A program made the translations under genes and the position numbers. The notes under the pieces were generated by a model. It saw nothing but the letters and a program-made list of their open reading frames with translations. It was not told the DNA's origin and searched no databases. This document shows positions 22,801-35,300 of a stretch of 64,000 bases of DNA, piece after piece. How positions within the stretch are numbered: position 1 is the first letter of the stretch; every line of letters starts with the position of its first letter. The stretch comes from Dipteris shenzhenensis. Lineage: Eukaryota. The DNA is taken from NCBI GenBank assembly GCA_047967505.1, contig CM106538.1; one strand, 5' to 3'.

Positions 22801-25800
22801 TACTTGTGAGCATGCATCTATCCATTTCCATGGCAATGCGATTCTTCCGCTCAGCTTTGCCACTCTGTTGAGGTGTAAGCCTCACTGTAAGCTGATGCAT
22901 GATGCCTTTTTCTTTCAAAAATGTCTCAAATTCATGAGACATATACTCCCCCCCTCGATCTCTTCGAAGTGTCTGCACCTTGAGTGCTATCTCATTCTCA
23001 ACCATAGACACATAGTGTTTGAAATGCATAAACACTTCTGATTTTGCCTTGAGACCATAGACCCAAGTGTGGTTGGTAAAGTCATCTATGAATGTAACAA
23101 AATAGAGATAACCCCCAAAAGCAAGTGTCCTCATGGGACCGCAGACATCACTGTGAATAAGCTGTAATTTCCGTGTAGCTTTCACTGCACCATCCTTTTT
23201 GAAGGGAAGTCTATGCATTTTGCCAAGAATGCAGCCTTCACATGCATGAGGAGGAGGCGACTCCAAGGGAGGCAATGCATCAACCATATCATGCCTCTGA
23301 AGTGTCATTAAGCTGCCATAGTTCATGTGCCCATACCTGGCATGCCATAGCTCTGCATTCTGCATCGCAGCAGTGGGAGTGCTAACTGATAATGCAAGAT
23401 GGGATCTTTTTTCATATAGATCAAGCTAAAAAAGACCCCAATACAAAGTGCCAGACAACATCAAATCATAGTCATTTTCTTTGTCTCTGACTGCACACTT
23501 GTCATCATAAAAAACAACCTGAAATCCTCCTCTATTGAGTGAGGACACTGAAAGCAAATTCTTATTTATCCCTGGCACATAGAGAACATCTGAAATTCTG
23601 AAATCTGTGCCATCAGTGGATGTGAGAATAATGTCTCCCACTCCACACACTGAATAAGAAGAATTATTCGCACAAGTTACCTTCTTGGTGGGTGAAGAAT
23701 GCAGAGTTACAAACAGACTCTTCTTGGAAGTGATGTGCTTTGAAGCACCACTGTCAAAATACCAAGTATGAAGTGTCTCATCAATACTAAAGGAGCATTC
23801 ATTCTTTGAAGGATCATAACTGCAAGTCAAGAAAGCATATGGGTCATCATCATTAGTGACTGTAATATCAGAACTACCCACTAAAAAATATGAAGTGCAA
23901 GACAAAAAGGCATAGTGCTCTTCAACAGAGTGGGTTGCAACATCTCCTCCATCATGAGAATGTGGAACTGATGCATTTGACACAGCCATACTGGAATCCC
24001 TTTTCTTCTCTTTGGCTATGCGCTTCTTACACTCTCCAATATAATGACTTGGCTTCTTGCAATAATGACAGATGCCCTTCTTTTTCTACTTATTTGTATC
24101 ACCCTTTGCCTTATAAGAAGGCTGTCCAAAATCAGCTTTATGCTGATGTGTGGGCTGATTGGCATGTGGCTTTTGTTGCCCTTTACCCTTGGGCTTGAAC
24201 TTGGAGAGCATAGCATGCTCGCCAGCCCAAGTTGTCATATTTCTGCGAGTTTGTTCCTCCTGTAACAGAAGTCCTACCAACTCGTGAAAGGAGAGAGGAT
24301 TGCTGCCCCCCCTCAATGACAAATTCAGCGAGGTGTGGAAACCGAGATAGGACTCAGGAAGAGAGTTCAGAGTGGTGGTGATCATCTCTGAATCCGGAAT
24401 GACTTCATCATTATTTAGCAATTGTTCCTTGAGGTCCTGAAGCTTTGTGAGGTGAGAATTCATGGAATCTCCCTCCTCCATATGTGTACGGGAAAGTTCT
24501 CGCTTCAGAAAGGAAACCTTGGCATCATTTCTTTTCTGCAAACATACTGTCCAGTATCTCCCAAGCTGCCATAGATGTCTTGCATAACCGAATATAAGGT
24601 ATAATGAACCTCTTGACAGAAAGAGAAATTACTGAAAGAGCTTGTGCATCTCTAGAGTCCCATCTTTTTTGCTCTGCTGTGGGAGCTCCTGGAGCGGCTG
24701 CTCCAACCACCTGTGCTGCATTTGTACCTCTACCCCTGCCTCCAGCTGTAGGAGTGATAGGTGTAGTCGATGTTTTTGGTCTTGCTTCATCTCCATTGAC
24801 ATAATCCCAAAGATGTCTGCCAACCAAGATATTGCGAACCATGAAACTCCACAAGGAGTAGTTGGTGCCATCCAACTTATCCTCTTGCGTGAGAACCCTT
24901 AACACCTCATTGGAGTTGTTCTGAGCCATTTATACCAGAAAATATAAAAAAATACAGAAGACTGACCAAGTGAAATCTCTTCCTGGGATATAAAATGGAC
25001 AAGTAAAATCTGCAAAGAAAAATCTGCCCACAGTGACAAATATTGTCACAACCTGTCAAAGGCTCAGAATGCACTTCAATTATCCTGCAAATGCTCTCCA
25101 AAACTGCCAAAAAACACTGCTTCTGCAATGTCACTCAAAATGAGTCCAAAATTGCTTGCAATATAGTCCCAAAATGCTTGTACTCTGCCAAATTGCATCA
25201 GAATGCCAAAAGCCCCAATTTCTCCAGGGAAATTGCATCCAAAAGAGGGCAAATTGTCTGAAAGCCCCAAAAATGCAAGAAATTGTTGTGTAAAGCAAAA
25301 AGCCCTAAGTTTTTGCAAGAAATTGCAACTTAGAAAGGGGCAAATTGTTTGAAAGCCCCAAATATTGCAAAATTTGCAGTGCAAAACCAAAAGCCGCAAA
25401 TTTTGGGGTGAAATTGAACTGAAATTGAGACAAATCCACAAATCCACGAAAAGCCCCAAATTTTGCAAAATGCCTGATGCACAGAATGTGCTTAAATCTG
25501 TCCAAAAATCTGCCTAGCCAAACAATGGCTCCCTATAAAATGCACGTGTGTGCATACGCAAACAAAAGAGCTCCAAAATGCACTTTGTGTCTATCGCCTG
25601 CAAGAGTAACGTGCAGGTGATTTGTACGGATGCCTGTGTATGGATGCTTGTGTACGGACGGATGATGCACAATTGTATGAACAGCTGAGGATTGCTGATG
25701 CACAACTGTACGGACGAGTGACGGTCCGTGCAATTGTACGGTAGATACATACGGTGCAGATACCTATACGGAGCAGATGCCTGTACGGACAGCAGAAGCA

Positions 25801-28800
25801 GGTAGTACGGGTTGCTGCCACTGTACGGAGGTACAAACGGGACAAGTACAGAACAGTACGGAAGGTTGTTAGGCATCTGCAGATTTGTACGGCGCTAAAG
25901 CTGATGTAGATTGTACGCACAACAAGTCCTTCACTTACGAAGACCTACGTGCTCTATACGGAATGGTAGGAACTGTTGTACGGACAATGACAGTGTGGGT
26001 TGGGCGTGGATTGTACGGCTGAGCAACAAAACGTAGGGCTGTAGGGACAATGTAACAGCAGAAGCTTGGGTAGCTCGACTTGCAGGAGGAGCTTGGGCAG
26101 GGAGCTGAGCTTGGCAAGGTCCAAGAGCTTGTCCTGCTCTGATACCAAATGTAGGAAATAGGAGAGTGAGAGAGCAAGAGAGCTGAACGTAAGTTTGCAA
26201 TAGATGAAGTGACTGAATACAAGAAGAGGGAAAGGTTTTGTCTAAGTGACAAAACCTTATCCTTCTCTAACCATAGTGAACTAACTGTGGTTAGGGAAAA
26301 AAACCTCTAAGGAGGGAAAAGTGCCCCTAACCTACTTATTACATTACATTGGTCACTGCTAGAATATAATAATAATTCTAACAATCGTATGTGTATAGAT
26401 TACCGTGGTTTGAATAAACTTACGATTAAGAACTGGTATCCGATTCCAAGAGTGGATGATTTATTGGATATGCTTAAAGGTGCTAAAGTTTTTAGCAAAT
26501 TGGATTCGAAATCTGGTTATCATCAACTTCATATGAAAGCTGGGGATGAACATAAGATTGCTTTTCACACTCTCACTGGACATTATGAGTTTTTGGTGAT
26601 GCCTTTTGGCCTAACTAATGCTCCAGCCACTTTCAGTAGGCTAATGAGAAGGGTTTTTCAACCCTACTTGGGAAAATTTGTCGTAGTCTTCTTTGACAAC
26701 ATTTTAGTTTTCAGCCAGAATGAGGAAGAGCATAAGGATCACCTTGCTTAGGTGATGGAGCTCCTAAGGAAGGATCGATTGTTCCTAAATACCAAGAAGA
26801 GTGAGTTCTTCAAGACAGAAATAGAGTATTTGGGACACATTGTGTCTGCTGAGGGAATTCGGGTTGACCCTACAAAGGTCAAGGCCATAATTGAATGGCC
26901 AATACTCAAAAATATACATGAGTTGAGCTTCTTCCTAGGGATGTGTAGTTATTATCGCAGATTCATTAAGAATTTTGCATGTCTTGCTTCTCCACTAACA
27001 GATTTGTTGAAGAAGCGTTCCTTGTCTGAGTGGGGAGAGGTTCACCAAGTAGCTTTTGAGGAGCTTAAGAGAACATTGGTCACTGCACCAGTGTTAACAC
27101 TTCCGGACATGGACAAAGAGTTCTTTGTTGTATGTACGGATGCGAGTGGTACCTCGATTGGAGCAGTGTTGATGCAAGGAGGGCATCCCATTGCTTATGC
27201 AAGTAGAAAACTTCAAGGGGCTGAATTGAAATATATCACGTATGAGAAGGAGTTACTAGCAATCATTCATGCTTTCAAGATTAAGACTGACCATCAAAGT
27301 ATCAAGCACTTGTTTTCTCAACCCACTGTTTCTTCAAGGCAAATCAAATGGGCTGAATATATTCAATCCTTTGGGCAACCAAATATTGAATATCAGCCAA
27401 GAAAGGAGAATTTAGTAGCTGATGCTTTGAGTAGACGGCCCCAAGTTAATCACATTTCTGTGATTAAGGAGAAAACATTAGGAGCAATGGTTGAAGCTTA
27501 TTCTTTAGATGAGGACTTCGCTGACATTTATGGGAAGATTCAGCGTAATGAGGTCGGGGGTTTAGAGGCTTATTCCATCGTGGATGAATACTTATTTTTG
27601 GGACGTGCCATATGTGTACCCAAAACATTTCAGTATCTAGTCATGAGTGAGTTACATGCGAGTCCATATTCTGGACATAGAGGCATTAGAGGGACCATTG
27701 ACAATATTGAGAGATACTTCCATTGGCCTAAACTTCGCAAAGGACCTTTGTTCAACAATGTGACGTATGTCAGCGCATTAGTAAGACTGCTGGTCTTTTG
27801 CAGCCTTTGCCTTTTCCCTCAGAAAGGTGGGAACACATTACAATGGATTTTGTGTCAGCTTTCCCCAAGGTTGGTCAGTTTGAGCAGATTTTCACTGTTA
27901 TAGATAGGCTGAATAAACAAACTCATTTTATTCCCTGTAAAAAGGAGTTGTCTGCTCCTGAAACAGCAAAGTTATTTATTAGGGAAATCTTTAGGTTACA
28001 TGGTTACCAAAATCTATTGTATCCGATAATGATGGTCATTTCATTAGCAACTTTTGGACAGCCCTATTGGAACCAAACTGAAATTTACTACAGCCTTCCA
28101 TCCTCAAGGAGATGGACAAAGTGAGAATGCCAATCAAACCATAATTACTTTACTTTGAGCTTATGTCCATGACCAACCTAGAAGGTGGCTAGAGTTCTTA
28201 CCCATGTTAGAGTTTGCTTATAATAACACTGTACATACTTCCACCAAGAAAGCCCCATTTGAAATCATCTATGGGCAATGTTTACCCACTCCAATAACAC
28301 ACTTGGGGGAGCGAATTTTTTGCTGCTGACCAGTTTGCTGTTTATTACAAGAAGGATGATTAAGGTTTTACTGAAGATTAAGAAGAATCAAGTCAGTGAG
28401 AGGAAGTACAAAACATGTCAAGTTAGCACCGAAGTTTTATGGTCCATTTCAGATTTCAGCAGCTTTATATCCAAAAGAAGGATCCAAAGCGTATGAGCTG
28501 AAATTACCAGCCCACTGGTGTATGAAGAATATCTTTCATGTGAGCAATTTGAAGAGATACCATGGCGATACTTCTGCGTTTTTGGATACTCAGCATCAAG
28601 AAGAACCTGAACTTGAAGATGGGACTGAAGTTCTTACTCCGGAATAGATCGTGTACCATAAAGAGAAGAGTACTCATGGAAAGAAGAGATATATGTATTT
28701 ACTGAAGTTGAAAAGCGAGCCAGCTAGTGATGCACAATGGATGGAAGAAGAGTTCTTTACAGATTTTCCACAGATACTCGCAGATTATAAAGAGGCGATG

Positions 28801-29275
28801 CAATTGCAGAAGTAACAAGAGAAAGTGCACATAAGAGGAAGAGGCAAGCAATAATCCAAAAGAGGACTTCTGCTCATTCAAGCAAGAGGGAGTGTCATGA
28901 CAAGAGAAATGATTATTTAGTTAATTAATAGTCATTAGAACCTTATTATTGTTAGGTGCCAATTTGATGGTGCGGTTATATGTTTGTATTTATGATCGAT
29001 CAAGCGGTGTAAATAGTACTGCCAAAACTATGTAACATTGGCCAATGATTAGTGATAAAGATGTGCACACATGTGTCTAGGTCCTAGAGGCAATAGGAAA
29101 GGGAAAGGGTGCATTAGAGTGCATTGAATGGTAGGTGCATGGGTCATAGGATAAGGGTAGGTGTAAATGGGAAGATGGAACTTGAGTGATCTCAAGGGAC
29201 ATTAATGAAAGGGTATTACCCTTTCATTGTGAATCTCACATAGCTTTCTCTCTACCACATTGTATTCATCCGCCA

Positions 29276-29321
<46 letters not shown>

Positions 29322-32300
29322 AATCCCGTCTCCCTCTCCCTCACCCTCACTGCCCCCCCTCACCAGGCCCCTACCCTTGCTCTCTCGCTGCGCTACCCCT
29401 ACGCTACCCCCTGCTCTCTCCCTGCGCTACCCCCCTCCGCTAACCCCTCCGTACCCCCTCGCTACCTCTGCTACCCCCCCCCCCGCTACCTCTGCTAACC
29501 CCCCCCGCTACCCCCTCCGCTACCTCCTTGCTAACCCCCCCGTTGCCCCCTCCGCTACCTCCCCCCCCGCTACCTTGCTACCCCCTCCTACCCTTCTTGC
29601 TAAACCCCCCGCAACCTCGCTATCCTCTAGCTAATCCCCCGCTACCTCGCTACCCCCCCGCTACATGGCTCCCCCCCCCCCCCCGGCTACCCCTTTGGCT
29701 ACCCCCTACTACCCCTCTCGCTACCCCCTCCGCTACCCCTCTCTACCCCTCGCTACCCCCTCCGTTAACCCCCCCGTTACCCCCTTCGTACCCCCTCGCT
29801 ACCCCCCCTCCCCCCCCCCGTTTTTTTTTTCCGAAGGGGGGGGAAAAAAAAAACAGCAGCTTCGACCTCCTGCAGTCCCTTCTTTGCCCCCATAATGAAG
29901 GGAATAGGGGGATGAGACAGGAGACTAGGCGGGAGACCCCTCGATCCAAATCTGCATACGCGTGGAGATGGGGAAGGGGAACGGTGACAACGCGAAAACA
30001 CAAAAGCAACTCAATCTGGAGGACTTCAATAAACGCAGCAACTGGAGTGGTTTGACAGTGGACAGCACCGCAGCCCAAAAGATAGGGGCCCACCCAAAGC
30101 CCATGCCGCTCACCACATCCTCCTCGACCTCTATGGTTACCACCACTATTTCGCCACCATCATCCGCCTCATCATCTACGCCACCTCTCTCCTCCCCCTC
30201 TCTTGCATCATCATCACAGGTCTCCTCTCCAGTAGCCTCACCACTGGCCCCACCAGCCACAGCTCCATAGTACTTTCCCCTCGTATCACCTCTACCTCTC
30301 AGTCAGCCACCCTTCATCACCTTGTCCGACCTCGCTACTCCTACATATCACTCCCCCACCCAGATCATACTGCCCCCACCCTCAGTACAACCTCAACAAC
30401 CTACCTTCATTCCAACCCCTCTCGAGATCCAGTTCCCACTTGGACCAGGACATCTTAGGCCCTCGCCAGATGCTTGGGACTTCCTATTGGCTGAGATACA
30501 CAGCATCCGGGCCCGTCAGGCAGAGCTGACACATTACACCCAGGAGCAGGCCCGATACACCCAAGGAGTAGACCTGCATTATACACGAGCAGGGCACCCT
30601 TATCCAGGGACTTAGACATGACATCACACAGCTTTGAGAGGAGCTCGGGACCCTCAGAGCAGTGCCTGGAGGGACCCCAAGCACAGATAGCCACGATACA
30701 GTCAGCTATAGCAGAGACGACTAGATGGGTGGACGTGGCAAAATGGGAGCCCGCAAAGGCAACCGTTTCAGCCGCCATACAGGAGCAGCAGCAGAGGGCT
30801 TCGAAGGCCCTCAACATCCGGATACGAGGGATCACGCAAGACAGCACCAGCACCACTACGACGCCCATGGAGAAGGTGATCACCTTTGTGACCACCACCA
30901 TGGGGGTCCTTGACCATGGCATAGAGGGAGCATGGTGTGTTGGGAGAGATCCCAACCGAGAGCAGCCCCTAGTCATTCGCTTCAGAGATTCACATGCTCG
31001 ACTAGCGACACTCCGACACCGAGCTTCTCTACGAGAGCATCCCACCCTGTCCATGGACGAGGATTTGACAGCACTATAGATTGAGGAGCGACGAGTTCTT
31101 CCGCAGTAGCGCGATGTTGCCCGCAAGGAGGGAAAATGGGCCGTGGTCCGAGATGGTAGGTTGTTGATCGGCACCCGTCAGGCTCCCACCCCTACCCCCT
31201 AGGGGGACGGGGCCTATGAGACTCAGGTTTCCGAGACCCTAGACTGCACCATTTGGAACTGTAATGGTACCTTATGGTTAGACCCAGGGAACTTCTCGGA
31301 GTTTTATACAGGACGAGACATAGTCTTTTACACGGAGACACACCAGAGGCCAGAGCATCCACTACTGATAGTCAGTGGCTACACATGGGAGTCAGCCTTC
31401 AGGGATGAGACGAGGGATACAGGAGGAATCCGAGGATCAGGTGGGGTCGCAGTATTGTACAGGTCTTCCCTCGCTGGAGCCATCTCCATTGAGAGGAAGG
31501 ATGCACACTCCCGATTCATGTGGATCCGGATCAGACGCACAGACACTCCTGACCTTTTCATAGCAATATGCTACTTCCCGCCAGACACATCCCACTTCGC
31601 CAGAGTGGCATGAGAAGAGGGTGAGACATCGTCATATGCACCCTTACATCAGGATATCCTAGACCTTTCAGCCCGCGAGGATGTTCTCCTTGTTGGGGAC
31701 TTCAACGCCAGGACGAGTACGCGACAGGCACCGGACTACCGAGACGACTCTATCATGCCACCAAACATGGACCTAGACGGAGCAGGTATGACCAGGACCT
31801 CATCGGACAGACACGGGCCTGTTACACCATATGGACACACGCTCCTTGATTTGGGTAGGATGCATGATCTCATCATCTACAACGGGCTCGACCTATGGCC
31901 CTCCTCAGGTGGTTTTACTTGCTTCCCACACGGGGGGGCCACTAGTGTAGTAGATTACATCATGGGATCCCCTACCTTCACTTCATGTATCACCGACTTC
32001 ATCGTAGCACCACTCCCTCCAGGAGCTGATCACACATACCTATTCTTCACTATCGCCACCCCACGCTTAGCCACACCACACACACCACATAGGAAGCACG
32101 ACACCTACCACGACATACACTTTGATCACAGCCTCTCACCGGCCTACTCTGGACGCCTAAACAGACTCATAATCTACATCGATCACATACCACTCATAGA
32201 GGACCGTGCTGCCCTGATTAGTCGCACACTCCACGAGGCTACCCTCCAAATCTTTCCCCACACCACACGGTCCACTAGACCACCACCTCTTGGTTCTATA

Positions 32301-35300
32301 CCCTGCAACAATTGGTACGATGCGGAGGGCAAGGCTTATCGCTGACAACTCCGACTTGAAACCAGATGTCACCTCCCGAACATACTAGACACGGTACATG
32401 CTCTCACGGATGATCCGGGGGAAACCGTCTGTACCACATCACATCATTCAGGCCGAGTTTGGTGCTTCTCCACTCCAGCTAGATGCAGCCTTTCAGACCA
32501 TCACATATCTACACCGCGTTAGATCATATGGGGACTGCACATCAGGGACACAGAGGTTGCCATGGTTGGCTCTCGATTCCTCCATGAGGTTGGCAGTAGA
32601 GGGAGACGAACGATGTTGGTATGCACAGACTCACAGATGGTTTGTGAGACTAGGGTTCCACATCGATAGGATACCTCCTTTTCAGTACAGTTTAGATGCC
32701 CCTCTAGTACTCCCATCCACCATCCCGATTGGGCCACATACCAACCAGGTCATTCGAGAGGATCTCCTGCAGCTACACACCTTTAGGACCTGGTTGGAGC
32801 CGAGGGATCTTCCAGTGAAGCTTAGTTTCTACAGAGATACTGTCTTCACATTTTGGAGGAGGGATTCATCACACCACCGGGGTACACTGAGCTTCATATG
32901 CCTCACTCACTACGGATCTCCATCGGACAGTTTCGGGTATCATCACACCGCCTCCGCATAGAGAGAGGGGATTCTTAAGAAGCATCGCTTATGCATATTG
33001 TGTGACTGTCAGGAGGTTGAGTGGGAGGAGCATTTTATTTTCAGGTGCCCAGTGTACTACGAGATCTGAGGTCACTAACACTACCTCTTCAGAGACGGCT
33101 CCGGGCTCCTTTCGAGATTCCTCGCCTACCTAGATCAGAGATGCCTCGCGGCCTTCATTCATGAGGGAGTCTGACATAGAGAGTACTTACTCAGGAGACG
33201 GGGCTTGGCCACATCATCAAACACCTCTCACAGCAGGATCACAGAGTTCTTCCATCGAGTCTCTAGCCGCCGACGTGACAGAGACCCCGACCCGACGTCC
33301 AATCTCTAGCCGCTGACGTGACAGAGACCTCGACCCGACGATCACAGCACGACACACGAGACATCGAGGGGACACACAGATCAGTCTGGGGGACCTCCCA
33401 TCATTGTTTAGACCTGGGATACGTCCCACGGAAGTCACGGTGGCTCTGGTCTTGTGTCGAGCCTCGTCCAGGAGACCGAGACGCACGGCACCCCTTGATG
33501 GGCACCAGCGTCCATCACCGACTATGCACCAGCCAGGGGGACATGACATACGGAGGATTCCGCTCTGCTCTAGTCCTTTTCTTTTCATTGTTACATCCAG
33601 ATGTATTTGATTATGTATGATCAAACTTAGGATTCAGCACGGGTGATGATGCTCGTTTCAGTAGCTCCACCCTTACTGTGATTTGTATCGGGTTTTCTTT
33701 CAGTCTCATAGACCCATCGGTCTTCCAAAGACTCTAATAAAATTTCTTTCTTTCTTTCTTTCTCCCACCTGTAGGTCGAAATAGAAACAAGTACTCTCAC
33801 AAGGCCGCTCTTCCCATTGGAGGGCCAATTGGCATTCAAATTTTGCATGCATTGCACACATTTGCATTCTCGAAAAGTCTGGTTTTTCACATATGATCAC
33901 GTCAATCAATAGATGCCACACTTTACAGCCAGGCTGTTGGATGCCTCATCTATTTGTGCAATACACGGCCTGATATTCAGTATGCAGTATCTCAGGTGAG
34001 CAGGTATATGCACAGCCCAAAGACAACACATTGGCGGGCTGTAGATCTTCGTCTCTTATTGGAGGGTCCTTCTCCAATTCTCACTGATAGTTAGAGTGCT
34101 ATAGTAGTGGCAAAAAATCATGTGTTTCATGCTCACATGAGGCACATTGAGGTTCATTATCATTATGTCAGAGAGAAGTTGCATGTAGGGGAGATCAGTA
34201 TGATCTATGTGTCAACACATGACAATGTTGTATACATCTTCACCAAAGCACTTCCACGTGAGAAGTTTGAGGCATTTCGTAGTACCCTAGACTTATTTCT
34301 TTTTGTGATTGATCACTACCTTGTACACCACATTGGCACTGCAGGGGGGTGTTAGAATTATTATCATATTCTAAGCAGTGGCCAATGTAATGTAATAAGT
34401 GGGTTAGGGGCACTTTTCCATCATTGACGTTTTTCCCCGTAACCACAGTCTAATCCCTAACTACGGTTAATGGATAAGATAGGGTCTTGTCACTTAGACA
34501 AAACCCCTCAATTCTCTTTTGTACTCACTTCATTTCAGTCCACTACTCAGTAGACTTACGTTCAGCTCACTGTCTTGCTTTCTCTTGCTTTCGATCCTAG
34601 CAAAGCTATTCAATGACACTATTTGCCTTGGCTTCCCCCGCACTTGGACACTCAACACCATCACCCCCATCCACAAGGCAGGGGATGCCATGGACCCTAG
34701 AACTACAGGACTATCATGATTGGACATGTGATGTCCAACATCTATGTAGCTGTATTGGATGCGTCAGTCAACCTGTTCGCAGAGATGAGAGGGCTCAGAG
34801 CACAGGGTCAGGCCGGTTTCAAGCGAGACCACGGGACCATGGATCACATACTCACACTCAAGAGTGTCATTGAGGAGGCCAAATCACGGAAGGAGAGGGT
34901 ATATTGCTACTTTGTGGATTTCCGCAAAGCCTTTGACACAGTACCTCAAGCTCGTCTCATCACACGCCTACAGACACTGGGATTTGATCAGGAGATCATC
35001 TGGGCAGTCATGGCACTTTATGAGAGAATCTCACGCCGAGTTCGGACAGGCGCAGGTTGGACAGATGAGATCTTGAGTACCATAGGGGTCAAACAAGGTT
35101 GTCCCTTATCACTGACCCTGTTTGGCCTCTACATCAATGAGCTTGAGACTGTCATGGGGGTCGAACCCTAAACCCTAAACCGGTTTGCAGGTCATGATCT
35201 TTAACACCTCTCGAGCAAACATGCAATGGAAGCACTTCACTTTCACTTTCGGTGGGTCACCAGTTGAGATCGTATCCTCATATACCTACTTGGGGGTCAT

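Larger units (their letters stand above)
18353..33904 (+). mobile_element. Ty3/gypsy chromovirus B; 5' LTR missing; interrupted by a poly(A) insert, copia C and LINE 3
   Basis: gag with knuckle, PR (LLDDGCNY), RT ([45 protein letters not shown]), RNase H (TDASG), INT ([12 protein letters not shown]), chromodomain (28627-28760), PPT and 3' LTR from TGTCAT at 28893. Right end approximate. Confidence 0.88.

Noticed and set aside
29260-30055. Proline-rich, extensin-like ORFs
   Set aside because: They are translations of the C-rich minisatellite, open in several frames, with no signal peptide or gene structure.
33260-33340. 43-bp tandem duplication in LINE 3
   Set aside because: Real, but absent from sister copy 4; an ordinary local slippage event.
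35160-35190. 31-nt GT...AG mini-intron in LINE 4
   Set aside because: Too short for a plant intron, and removing it would not restore the deleted YADD region.
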